Shown one piece after another: positions 23,401-36,311 of a DNA stretch of 64,000 nucleotides. Below the pieces are notes generated by a model. The model saw only the letters and a list, made by a program, of their open reading frames with translations. It was not told where the DNA came from and ran no database searches. The translations under genes and the position numbers were made by a program. The DNA lies in the NCBI GenBank assembly GCA_043228905.1, contig JBHGNT010000010.1, positions 7,254,001 through 7,318,000 of the forward strand. Reading direction: 5' to 3'. Origin of the DNA: Azolla caroliniana. Lineage: Eukaryota; Plantae; Polypodiophyta. How positions within the stretch are numbered: the stretch's first letter is position 1; each line of letters starts with the position of its first letter.

Positions 23401-25983
23401 CGCATGCGCCAGCATACTCCGGACCCTCTCCATTATGGTCCGGTTCATCCTCTCGGCCAGCCCGTTCAGTTCCGGCGTCTTCGGCACAGTAAACTCGAGC
23501 CGGATTCCCATCGAACGGCAATACTCCGCGAACTGCCCCCGGCATTCCCCTCCGTTATCCGCTCGCATCGCTTTCAGCTTCTTGCCGGATTCCCTTTCCA
23601 CTCTCGCGTGGAGTTCTTTGAAGACGCACAACACTTGGTCCTTTGTCTTCAACGGTGCCGACCACAGCTTCCGGCTGTGATCATCAATGAATGTTACGAA
23701 GTACTGGGCTCCGCCATGTGACTTCGTTTCTACCTGACACACATCAGTGTGCACCAACTCCAATGGTGCGCTACGTCTCGTCGGTGGCCTTGAATGGAAG
23801 GAGGTTCGGTTCTGCTTACCGGCCAGGCAATCGGTGCACTTCTCCAGGTGCACATGCTTCACTGGAATGAGGTTGTCTTCTGCAAGCCTCTTCATCCCCT
23901 TCTCACTCATGTGGCACAGTCTCTTGTGCCACAGCTCACCGGCAGTGTCGGCTGCCACGTTCAACTCTTCCGGACACAACCAGGCATTCATAAGGTACAG
24001 TGTGTTGACTTTCCGGGCCCGAGCCACTATCAGGCTCCCCTTGCTGAACTTCATTACGCCGTTCCGGATGCTACCTGTGTAGCCTTCATCGTCTAGCCTC
24101 CCGGCTGAAATCAGGTTCAATCGAACCTCCGGAACGTGTCGGACATCCTTCAGCAACATTTTGCATCCGGTCGGGGTTGTCAACCACACGTCTCCTATGC
24201 CGGCAATCCGGCACGTACCTTCATTTCCCATCCGAACACAGCCATGCTCACCGGCTGTGTAGGATGAGAAGTATCTTCTCTCCGGGGTCAGGTGGAACGA
24301 TGCTCCGGAATCGACCACCCAGGTCGTCTCATCGCCGGCAATGTTTAGTTCACCTTCTTCGGTGATGAGCATGATTTCTTCCTCACTTGCCGCGAGTGCC
24401 GTCGTTCCTTTCCGGTCCTGCCCTCGCCGATCCAGACCTCTCCGGTCCGTGGCTCCCCGGTATGCACCGTTTCTCTCCGGTGACCTCTTCGAATCGGTGT
24501 CGTCGGCTCCGTTGTCCTTTCGGTAATGCCGACAATTCTTCCGGAAGTGCCCTGGCTTCCCACAGTGGAAACATATGGGTCTTCCTCTTGACTGCGACCG
24601 GGTCCCAGACTTCTCCCGTCTTTGCGGACTCCGGTTCCATTGTCTTCCCCGTTCCGATTCGGTAAGCAGCGCCTTCGAGTCGGAGGCCGGTTCTTTATCT
24701 CTCCGACGCGCTTCTTCGTTCAAAATACTTGTCTTTACCGTTTGTAGGGACAAGTTATCTTCGGTGCAGGAGGTGCTGAGAGTCACCACCAAATTCTCCC
24801 AGCTTTCCGGCAATGTACACATCAGAATGATGGCTTGCATTGCATCCTCCAGCGGGAACTTGATCGCCGCAAGCTGGTTCACGAATCCCATGAACGTGCT
24901 TACGTGTTCCACCATACTCTCGCCGTCCCGGTACTTGAGGTTCACTATCTTCCTCATCAGGGAGGTCCGGTTCAACGCATTCTTCCTCTCGTAGAGGCCC
25001 GACAGCTTCCGCCACATCTCATATGTGTTGGTGTCGTTCGCCACATGTTGTAGAACGCTCACGTCTACGTATTGCCGAATGGTTGCAACGGCTTTCCGGT
25101 TCAGAAGCCTCCATTCCGACTCAAGTACTCCCTTCGGTATTTCCGACCTGTCAATCGGTTCGTACAGGTCCCGAACAATCAGAAGATCCTCCATCTTGAT
25201 CTTCCAGTCGGCGTAATTCTGCGCATTTAGCACCATCATCCCCGGCTGCCCGCTGCCGCCGCCTTCCATTTTCTGCAGCAGCTCGCTCTGATACCAAATT
25301 GATGGAAATAATCGTCACTTTCCAAACTTCACCTCTCGGCCACAACCAAGGAAACACACGAATCGTTGTTGCAGAAAATGGGAAATGCGAAAAATAGAGT
25401 GGACACACGATTTAACGTGGAAAACCCTGTACGGGAAAAACCACGGGAGTACAAGACTCCGAACCAAAACTATGCACAGAGAAGTATACAAGGGCGAGCT
25501 GCAAGGCGACGACCTTGAGCTCGCTGTCCTCGCCACAGGCGGCGGAAATACACAGAGGCGTCGACCTCTTCCTCTCTCACGCTCTATCTCTCTCACGGCT
25601 GCTCTCTCTCTCACGCTCTATCTCTCTCACAGCTGCTCTCTCTTCACTCCTCTCGAGTGGAAAAACAGAAAAATGAGTAGCAACAACTAAACTGTTTGCC
25701 CTAAGTCATATTTATACACATATGACTTTCGGGCTATTTACAAATATAGCCTAGAGGGCCCTTGGCAAACATATTCACAAATATGTCCCCGCATCCGGAT
25801 CTCTCTCCGGGTACATTCGTCATCCGGCTCCGTAGCCGGGGTCTTCATCATCCGGCTCCGTAACCGGGTACTCTTCATCCGGCTTCATGCCGGGTACTCC
25901 TCATCCTCTGGTTCCGTAACCGTAACCGGGCTTGCCGTCATTCATCTCCGGACATCCCATCCGGAGGGACCGAAATCCCAACA
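20497..25983 (-). mobile_element. Young Ty1/copia element (Tnt1/Tork-like)
   Basis: LTRs 20497-21182 and 25300-25983 differ by about 3 substitutions and one CT unit by eye. PBS TGGTATCAGAGC (25285-25296, minus); PPT TGAAGGGGGAGTT next to 21183. No matching TSD (AGTCT vs ATATA). Confidence 0.97.
21193..25269 (-). CDS. Copia gag-pol polyprotein, single premature stop at 21436-21438
   Basis: 1277-aa ORF: CFHCGKPGHFRKNC, WVVDSGASFH, integrase (HTD...ADNGGE...NGLAERMNRT), RT (QMDVKTAFL, LYVDDML), RNase H. After the TGA the frame stays open (LYCDSQSAIHLAKN...HPMPK*) to 21193. Confidence 0.95.
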
Positions 25984-26487
25984 ATATACATATATACATA
26001 CATTACATACATGCATACACATAAATACGTTACATACACATACATACGTACATTACATATGTACATACATATCATCACAAACTACAATACATACATATAT
26101 ACATAAATATTACGAACAAACATCCACACACTCATGTATGCATATATGCATATGCCATACACTATACACATACAAACATACATACATTACATATTACATA
26201 TATACATAATACACGTATGTACATTCATGCATGTACATACATACATTGCATATGCATATATTACAATCACACATTCATATACATTGAGTCATGTACATTG
26301 ACATATGGATATATGCATACACCTACACACACACATGCACACACACACACACACACACACATACATACATACATACATACATACATACATACATACACAC
26401 ACACACAACACACACAACACACACACACATACATCATACATACATACACACACACACACACATACATACATACATACATACATACAT

Positions 26488-26533
<46 letters not shown>

Positions 26534-29400
26534 TACATATGGATATATGCATACACATACATACATTACATATGTATACACATATGTACATTTGTACATA
26601 GACATACCTATATTCATTTATACATTACTACATATACATACATTAGATATATACATAAATATTATGCACATATTACAATCACACATCCATACACATTGAA
26701 TCATGTACATTGTCATATGGATATATGAATACACATATGTACATTTGTACATAGACATACATATATTCATTTATACATTGCTACATATACATACATTAGA
26801 TATATACATAAATATTATGCACATATTACAATCACACATCCATACACATTGAATCATGTACATTGTCATATGGATATATGAATACACATACATACACAGA
26901 TAAATTACATATGTATATATGCATACACATATGTACATTCATACATGGACATACATATATTCATTTATATATTGCTACATATACATTCACATATATACAT
27001 TAGATATATACATAGATATTATGTACATATTACAATCACACATTCATATACATTGAATCATGTACATTTACATACACAGATAAATTACATATATGCATAC
27101 ACATATGTACATTCGTACATGGACATACATACTCATACATTACATACATGACATATGCATACACATATGTACATTTGTACATGAATGTCTGAATGTTATG
27201 TTTAGTATGTATGTATGTGCACGTAATGTATGCATGTATGAATGAATGAATATATATATATGTAATGTATGCATAAAATATGTATGCTTGCATGAATAAA
27301 CATGAATGAATGGTTGTTCCCCCCGCCCCCCCCAATCACATAGAATTTAAATCTTGTAAAAATGGTTACACTAATGACAGGATATCTTCTTTAAAAATAA
27401 AAATAATAAAAAACATGAATGAATGGATATATGAATGTACATATGTGTGTATATGTAATATGTAATGTATGTATATTTGTATGTGTATGCATATATGTGT
27501 GTGGATGTTTGTTTGTAATATGTATGTATGTGTATGTAAAATTAATGTACATATATATGAGGGGTATGAATGTTTAAGTTAAACTATAAAAGCGATAAGT
27601 TATAAAAGTGAAAACATTCTAAAGAAAAAATAAAAATAATGTGGGAGAGGGGTTTGAATGAGAATAGGAAAAAATGGGTAAGGGGTAGGGCTAGAAATAG
27701 GAGAAAGTAGGGGAGGGATAGGGCTGAAAATAGGAGAAAGTTGGGGAGGGGCAAGGCTACCATGTGTAGTCCCGGACATATGAACTACAAGAGAAAGAAA
27801 GAGATATAAAAGGGAATGCATCGCTACTAAATGTAGTCTCATGCTTACAAACAATATATATTATACATACACATACATACATATTACAACAAACATCCAC
27901 ACACACATATATGTATTATGCATACACATACACATACAAATATACATACATTACATATTACATATATACACATATGTACATTCATATATTCATTCATTCA
28001 TGTTTATTCATGCAAGCATACATTACGTGCACATACATACATACATACATACATACATACATACATTCGTTCATACTAAACATAATATTCAAACATTCAT
28101 GTTTTTTTAAATTTAGATTTTTGCCGCCTCCTCCTTTGCTTTACCTCCTCGTCTCTCCTCATTGTTGTCGCCTCTTCTCCCCTTGTTGCTTCTGTCCTCG
28201 TTTTGCCGCCTCTGTTCTCGTTTTGCTGCCGCCGCCGCTCGCCTTGTCGTGCTGCTTTTGCCCACCATTATTCTCTGTCGGGGCTGCCACAAGTACTCTA
28301 CAAATATTTTACAAGTACACATAAGTACAAACATCATACATAAACCAACACATAAATTCTTAGACTTACATACACTCACGTACATACATACATACATAAA
28401 CACACACACACACACACACACACACATAACGTATACAATCATACACACAGGCCATACATACAATATATACAATAAACGAAATTAATACAATACAATACAA
28501 TATGTACATACATACACACATACCTATATACACTGACTTACATACACATTTACACATAACACATACATACAATACAATATGTACACACACACACACACAA
28601 ACATAACACACATCACACATGCTATACATACACAAATAAATACAATACAATACAATATGTACATACATATTACACACATACCTATATACACATGCAATAC
28701 AATACCTATACACACACACACACACACACACAACACACATGCATACCACATACAAACATATATGATGTATGGAACATACATACACACACACAAACATAAA
28801 ACACAACAGACATGCATACCACATACAAACATATATGATGTATGGAACATACATACACACACACAAACATAAAACACAACAGACATGCATACCACATAGA
28901 AACATATATGATGTATGGAACATACATACACACACACAAACATAAAACACAACAGACATGCATACCACATAGAAACATATATGATGTATGGAACATACAT
29001 ACATACGCACATACAAACATAACAAACAACACACATGCATACCACATACAAACATAACAAACAACACACATGCATACCACATACAAACATAACAAACAAC
29101 ACACATGCATACCACATACAAACATAACAAACAACACACATGCATACCACATACAAACATATATGATGTATGGAACATACATACACACACACAAACATAA
29201 AACACAATAGACATGCATACCACATATAAACATATATGATGTATGGAACATACATACATACGCACACACAAACATAACAAACAACACACATGCATACCAC
29301 ATACAAACATATATGATGTATGGAACATACATACACACAAATCACACATGAATACCACATTCACAATGCACACATACACACATACACACATATATATGAT
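25984..29400. repeat. Microsatellite/minisatellite tracts in the TIR element, with internal inverted repeats
   Basis: (CA)n/(ACAT)n tracts; ~70-bp unit array at 28735-29340; 27177-27535 is inverted relative to 27860-28100. Confidence 0.85.
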
Positions 29401-29447
29401 GTATGGTTATATGAAACGTGATAGGTGGGTCATTCTATTTGTAGATA

Positions 29448-29651
29448 ATGGATGAAGAATCTATTATTGAAGTGTTTGAACATGAGAGGGATGATGAAGA
29501 TAAACCTTTGGGCATTGTAAGTGTGAGAGGAACTCTTACATATGCAAAGATCCGAGTCGAAATAATTGAGGACGGTATATTTTATGAACCATTTTCCTTT
29601 GTGTACACAAAAAATAATATTTTGAATGGGAAACAAGAAGAGAAAAAATAA
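29448..29651 (+). pseudogene. Captured or residual coding exon of unknown function in the TIR element
   Basis: Complex-sequence ORF (MDEESIIEVFEH...PLGIVSVRGTLTYAKIRVEIIEDG...FSFV...KQEEKK) immediately after an acceptor-like TTTGTAG, amid low-complexity DNA. Confidence 0.4.
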
Positions 29652-32600
29652 TGTTACGACTTCATATGAGTCTATCCATGAAACTAAACATAAGGTTAAT
29701 TTGTTAGTAATTTCATTATTGATATGCATTTTGGATTGTTTCACATCTGCTCTTTGAGATATATATATCAAGTTCAAGATTGTTTTATTGTAAATTACAT
29801 TTTTTTTATTATCACGCTATATTCTTCATATGTCTCAATAAACTAAAAAAAAACTTATATGCGGCTTATGTATGTTATACCTCTAGTGTTTTTGGTAATG
29901 TTTCCTAATTGTGTGTGCATTACTTTGTACTTTACATATTGTGTTTTCAATCTATGTGGCACTTGATGAAGCATTTCTAGGAATTGCATATGATGTTTAA
30001 TATTCATTCATAATTTTGCGAGTCATCAATTGTACAGGTGGTCATCGATCCTTTCTAGGATTGGAAACTATGTGTGCATGTATATTTTATATGTAAGGGT
30101 ATTTAAAATGGGTGGTTATCAAAAAATATATTGGTAGTAAGGGGTATTTTTATTAATCTTTTTTCTACAAAAGGGTCACTAAAATAGTAAAAACCATATG
30201 TATAAGGGGTTTATAAATGATGTCATGAACGCACGTGATACAACCGTCTTATATATAGTGGAGTCTCCGGGTCGTAGTCTAACTGCAATAGTTTTTGCCA
30301 CTATCTTATACACAACATTAAGCAATGTTATTGGCCGCCACTTGGAGACTTCATCACATTGAGCATCTGATTTAGGAATCATATATATGATTCCTTCTGT
30401 CTATTCCTCAGGCATATTACCCGTTGAGAATATTAAATTAACTGCTCTAGTAATGAGAGAACCAATAAAATCCCAATAATGCAAATAAAAGCCAATTCCT
30501 ATTCCATCTTTTCCGGGACAAACATCCTTACCTAAGGATTTAACCGCAGCAAATACCTCTTGAGATGTAAACGGTTGTAATAACTGAGAGGCCATTACAT
30601 CTGTAACCTTCTATTCAATAGTTGCAAGAACAACTTGTTGCTTATAAAAATTATCTGTCGTAAAAGATTCAACAGACAATAAGTTATGATAATAATCCGA
30701 GACTATACTTCGCATCTTAGAGCCATCTGATGAATAGGATCCATCAAGCCGCTTCAAAGAAGTAATAGAAAGAGGTCTAGCTTTTCGTTTAAATTGATTA
30801 AAGAATTCCTTATTGACCCGATCTTGCCTTTGAGACCAGCGAGCAACACTACGATGGTAAAAGAAACTTGAGTGTGCTTCCTGTTTTTCCTTTAGACTGC
30901 TTTTTACTTGCTACAAATCACAACATAATATAGATGAAGTTGGATATCTTTCCAAAAGTTGTTGTAATGCTGCCAAAGCACGACGCAAGTTAGCAATCTC
31001 TGAATTGTAGCGATAAACAGATGCTGAAACTCTTTCTGTGAATAGAATCTTTGTATCGAGTATGGCATGAGTCATATTGCTAAGCAAACAGTCATCTGAG
31101 AAATTGTATTTTGACCATATTTGTATGATTGACATCCAATGACTATCCTCAGATAAAATTGCAGGAGGGATACGCAATTGTGTCGAGTATAGCCTCTTAG
31201 TAAATGTAACCTGTAACTTTAGAGGGTTGTGGTCAGAGATAACTGATCCTGGAATAATTCCTATGGATCCACCTGCTTCCCAAACAATGCTACTAGCATA
31301 AAATCTATCTAGTCGAGACAAATTTGTAGCAACCAAGCTTCCATCTGATTTAGAAAACTGAAGGAATCCTTGTATACGTGAAAATGAATGCACCTTCCAT
31401 AAATCTAGCAACCCATAAGTAAAACAAAAGTAATCCCAACACTTAGCTTCCCATCCTGAAATTGTAGTAGTTATACTTCCCAGCCTATCAGCAGCATCCT
31501 CAATCATATTAAAGTCGCCTCCTACCAACCAACAATCCGCTAAACTCACATAATCAGAAAGAGATAGCCATAACTTTGCCCTTTCGGCCGCAAAATTTGG
31601 GGCATAGAGATTCATAAGGCCAACCTTTTGGGATCTTATTTTTACAATCAGGAATTGTGCCCCTTTATTCATAATAGTAGCAGCTAACACAATGATAGAC
31701 TACAAATGTTGTTTAATTGCAATGCATAGTCCAGCTTGACGGCCAGTGGGGCCAAAAACGGGAATCCAGAAGTGAGTCCACCGTCCTAGTAAAACAGATC
31801 CATACTTCCGAATTCTATCCATACATAAGTGATGCTCTTGTAAAAAAAGAATATCAATATTTCCTACATTAGCAGTACCTAAATCTGCGCATAAGAGTCC
31901 TTTAAATCTACGAAAAGCCTGACCACCCAAGCCTTGCACATTCCAAGAAAGAAGATGTAAGGTGTCCATCTTACACAGATTTTATTGGTGTCCTTTTCTC
32001 AAGGAGAGCATCCTGGCGGCCTTTCTGGGCACCCTCCTAGGCTCTTGCTTGTCGTTTTTAAAGCAGATAGTTCCCTGCATGCTTATGTACCCTATGATCC
32101 TTAACTTGCTTTTGAGGGGTATGAAGTGTCAAGGTATCTTGTGAAACTATAAATTGATATCCATCACAAGAGTGTTTATCTACTCCTTGAGCCATTTCAA
32201 CCCCCATCATATTTGATTGACTAGAAATAGATTTTCCTACAAGCTTATCAAAGGGAACTGAACTACCAGAAACACCGATATCGATTTGTTGGTCTGCTTC
32301 GATTCCCATAACACTTGGAGGCATTTCCACATCTGTAATATCTTGAGCAGAGACAACTTTTCCTTTTAATTTTTTAGATGAATCCAAATTAACATTTGGT
32401 GTCAACTGCTCGTTCTCAACACTTTTCAATGGTGGTTGGCCTACTATTAACCTTGGGAAAGTCTCAGGCAACTTAGTAGAAAGTAAGTCTGTCTTTTGGG
32501 AAAAATGGGTTGATGGTTGATCTGACATATTCACTTCATGTGACCAATCCTCTTCTACTTGGAGAGTAGAATATCTATTCTGTAAGGGGGGGAATTCCTT

Positions 32601-34637
32601 TAAATTATTGATTGACACTTTATGACGCTTGTCATAAGATAATTGTGAAGATACTTTCCTATGACCGACCTCAGTCCAACCCTTAGATCTAGCATGAGAT
32701 GGGACTATAGTTGTATTGGGTACATGCTTATCTATCTCTTTATTATATTTAGGGCAATTTTTTGCCAAATGACCAAATCCAAAACACCGAAAACACTGAT
32801 TTGGCAAACCCCTATACAAAATTCTCTGAGAATAAGATTCTTGTCTGGAGTCAAGCAGATTAGGCAATAAGATATTTGAGGGCAAAATTGTGGACTTAGA
32901 AATCAAAAGTTTTGTTGATGTAGCTCCCATATATTTATCGTTGTTCTGACGAGATTTATCATAAGTTTCCAAGACTGTGCCAATAGTACTGGCAATTAGA
33001 TGCACAAATGGCACCCACTCTTTACGTAGATTGGGAAACACTGCCACACATGTATTATATGAATCTAAATCATGAAGTACCTGATTTGCGGAGAAGTTGT
33101 GAGTCCATTTGTGGAAGAATACCCATCCTCCCTTGATTGCCATTGTTTTCTTCTCTAGCAAGATTGGTACCATCCGTTCAAGCTCGAACTCCACTTGATA
33201 ATAGTTCCGACCAAGCATTTGAATATCCGTGATGTTGTCAATATCTTGTTTTAAAGAAGCTTGTAATAACAATCGAAGATCAGCACGCTGAGGACGAATG
33301 CCCAAAACTTGCGCAATGATAATCCTCTTCTCTAGACGTTGAATCTCTCTTACAATCTGGGCTCTATCTTGTTTTGACAACATAAGCTCTACTACGCTGT
33401 CTGAAATAGGTGTAATATACAGGTTAGCTACACGGGAGCCCCGGTTAGGCTGTTCGCAACAACGCGGCAATTGCTCCTGGTTCTCCGTTGCATTGAAGTC
33501 GACCGGGTTTATGGAGGAGGTTGAGAGGCTAGTCGCAGCAATTTGATTGGTTGTAGCAGGTAAGTAGAAGGGGACAAACTGCTTTTCTGCATCTACTTTG
33601 GTATAAACGGAAGCCCCTACAGATCTTGTTGCAAGATTAACATGGGATCCAGGGGGTTGGCTTTGGTCACACTCCTTGGGGGAAAAGATCGTAAAGGTCC
33701 CCTTTTTTTAGTACTCAGTAAAACTTGGAAGATCATTACTGCTCTCTCATAATGGAAAGATACCAGCAGCTCAGAAACATTGGACCAATTGGGGTGTTTC
33801 CACTTTGCATTTGAGAACCTATTGGAAATGGATATGGTCATTCAAGGGGCCAACTAAATTTATTCTCTTTCGATGGTTATTAGTGCATCTAGCTCTACCA
33901 GTTGGTCATACATTGAAAGGGAATGTGACACCCAATTTGCGGCAATGTGCCATTTGCCATGAACCTCAAGAGACTACCAAGCATGTCTTATGGTCTTGTT
34001 CTTTTGCTCAACAAGTATGGAAGAAAGTCGTGTCTTTATTCCTAACAATAAATGTAGGTTGCTTATTCTCATGGGGATCAACGATGTGGGGAGTATTACA
34101 CTCCGGTTTAATGTTGTATGAGGCAAACGATGTTCATGAGGCAATGACAATACATAATGGAAGATTGATATTAGTTAGTCCTTTCCAGCAACCTCGAAAG
34201 CAGGTGCGATCCGTCCAAATTTGGAAAACTGTCCACAATAACATTATGGGTATTATGGAAATATCGATGTAAACGACTTTAAGATGGGGTAGACATTCAT
34301 GTCTCAGATGTGTTGTTTGAGTTATGGGAGAACTTGTTGGCTGTAGTCCGTGGTCAGTAGGACAATATGCAGGGTTCCCCAGATACTATGATCAAGAAAA
34401 GGAAAAAGCTTCTTCACTTATGGAAAAAGGTGCCCCTGTTTACAATGGTAGCTCAAGAGCCTCAATGGCAATATCGACTTCCATGGACTCTTTGAATATC
34501 ACAAATGTAAACATCCTCGTATTTTATATCAGTGTATAAAGAAAGTTGTAACCTTCTTGGTTGCTAGGTTCAAGTTGTAGCATTCGGGCGTTTTGTTCTT
34601 AATACTATTGAAGAAAATCTTATATAATAATAATAAT

Positions 34638-35885
34638 AAGTACATATATAAGTAATCTGTTGTCTTTGATGCCCTGCAACGACCGCCAAGAAAGCAACTT
34701 CATATCTTCTGGTAGCTCCTCGATGTTCAAGTCACTTTTACGTGATGTTGAATTTATCTCCACTTGGGGATCTACCTTTGCCTTCTTTGCTTGTTTTCCT
34801 TTCACCTCTTTCCGATCCCACATGCTAAATATTTTATCTTGCAAGTCCCATACCTCCCTTGTTCTAAAGGCTAGCTGAAACCACAAGTCATATTTTCTCA
34901 ATCCTTCAAACTTCGTGCTTTCATCAACTGCTATACCCACCTCCAACAGACATTGTCGACCCAGTCTAGGATGTAGTCTAGGACCATATCTTTGTAATGC
35001 ATCGAGGTACTCGTGATGAAAAAAATCTGATTCGCTCAATACAAGACATCTTTTGTCTGTAATGATTATCGTTATTATGGTCCCAAGCTAACAGCTTAGC
35101 CTCTTCATGAGTAAGACCTACATAGACTTTACGTTCTATGTACTTGAAGAATGGGGTCAGAGAATATTCTTTTATGAGTTGATGTCGGGCTTCGGCCGAA
35201 TAGGATCCTCCAATAACATAGTAAGTATGGTCATCAACAAAACTATACTTGAAATTTACAGTTGTGGGGCATTGGTCAGGATCCACCATTGCTAGGAATG
35301 GTACCAATTGCGTGCAGATTAATCTTCATTTTTCTCTTGAGGTTTTGCACGTGCACAATATGGGGCTCTCGGATTTCCAATGGGTGCCAGTGCCTTATGA
35401 TGAACATGGAGTGCGGGTCGGTATACCGCTCGAATACGGAGCATATCCACTCTCGATAACAATGGCTCCAGTGCCTCACAGCAAACATGGACTGTGGGTC
35501 AGTATACCGCTCGAATACGGAGCATGTCCACTCTCGATAGCAATGCCCCCCCCTTCCGGAGCAAGGAGTGTGTACGAATTTACTAACGTCCTTTGAATCG
35601 AACAGATAGGCAAATGGAAAAGTTGGCCTTTACGCAACAGTTTCGTCTTAACAATGTTTTCTGTTATTTGATTCTGCTCGGACGTCAATATGCCTGATGA
35701 CATCTTTTTCCTCCAAGAGGAAAAACTTCGACTTGTTGCTCCTCTTCCATGAACTCCAAGCCCTCGGGGTCGTCATCATCAGGCTTAGCTCATTTTTGGT
35801 ACTTCTTATGTTCCGGTTTGGACTTCCGAGACGGTTTTGGAGGTGTCTTAGCTTCGGTGAGCTTTGGAGTTGTTTAACTTCTTAA
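34638..35885 (-). pseudogene. 5' part of ParB/Srx-like plus methyltransferase gene
   Basis: Frameshifted fragments LFHLPICSIQR..HPLEIREPHIVHVQNLKRKM..VPFLAMVD..YYVIGGSYSAEARHQL..VYVGLTHEEAKLLAWDHN, matching the ParB/Srx pattern (P-h-h-h...Y-h-h-x-G-x-H-x-x-x-A). Confidence 0.65.
35387..35548. repeat. 81-bp tandem duplication within a candidate intron (35394-35587) of the ParB gene
   Basis: ccagtgcc...tataccgctcgaatacggagca...ccactctcgata occurs at 35387 and 35468. Confidence 0.85.
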
Positions 35886-36311
35886 GAGTGATAATAACAA
35901 TGAGGGGAAGACCTTTCCTTATATAGTAGATTAAAAAAATTATAAATTATAAAAAAAATGTTAAACAATTAGTAAAAAATTCTTTAAAATTAGAAAAAAA
36001 TAGGAAACAATAGAAACAAATATTCGATGATAAATATTTGTATTTTATGGAGATATATATGGTGATTACCAAATATGTGGTTTAGTTTCTATTGACGCTA
36101 CTGCTTTTTAACCTTCTTGATCTCAATGAAAATAAGCAAGATGTCCTCAACTTCTACTAGAATTTCCTTATTTTCTGTGAACCCTTTTACATTATCTAAT
36201 AACTCCTTATTCTCAATTGATGAGTACAACCACCAAGGTGTTCAAAACGGCTAATGTCAAGGGTCAAACTCACTTTTTTCGATCAAGCCTGTCAACTCTT
36301 GTGGTTTCCAA

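Larger units (their letters stand above)
18552..30271. mobile_element. Non-autonomous TIR DNA transposon (~6.2 kb without the nested copia), filled with ACAT/AT low-complexity DNA
   Basis: 8-bp TSD TCGTAGTC (18544-18551, 30272-30279). Removing the element restores L1 RT KTIAVRLRP|VLPSIIHDTQCGF. 47-bp imperfect TIRs start CCCGG and contain CACGTGnGTTCAT. Confidence 0.85.
16846..34637. mobile_element. Near full-length L1-clade LINE with 5' inversion (twin priming), carrying nested insertions
   Basis: 17-bp TSD AAGTACATATATAAGTA (16829-16845, 34638-34654). Inverted part (minus): ORF1 32058-33470 with CFRCFGFGHLAKNC; endonuclease 30911-31969 (SWNVQGL, GGDFN, SRLDRFY, SDH); RT 30272-30600 plus 16846-18551. 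Forward part (plus) ~33620-34637: zf-RVT motif CAICHEPQETTKHVLWSC and a (TAA)n tail. Confidence 0.9.

Noticed and set aside
26217-29391. Long His/Thr/Tyr- or Cys/Val/Met-rich ORFs
   Set aside because: Artefacts of (CA)n/(ACAT)n repeats that lack stop codons
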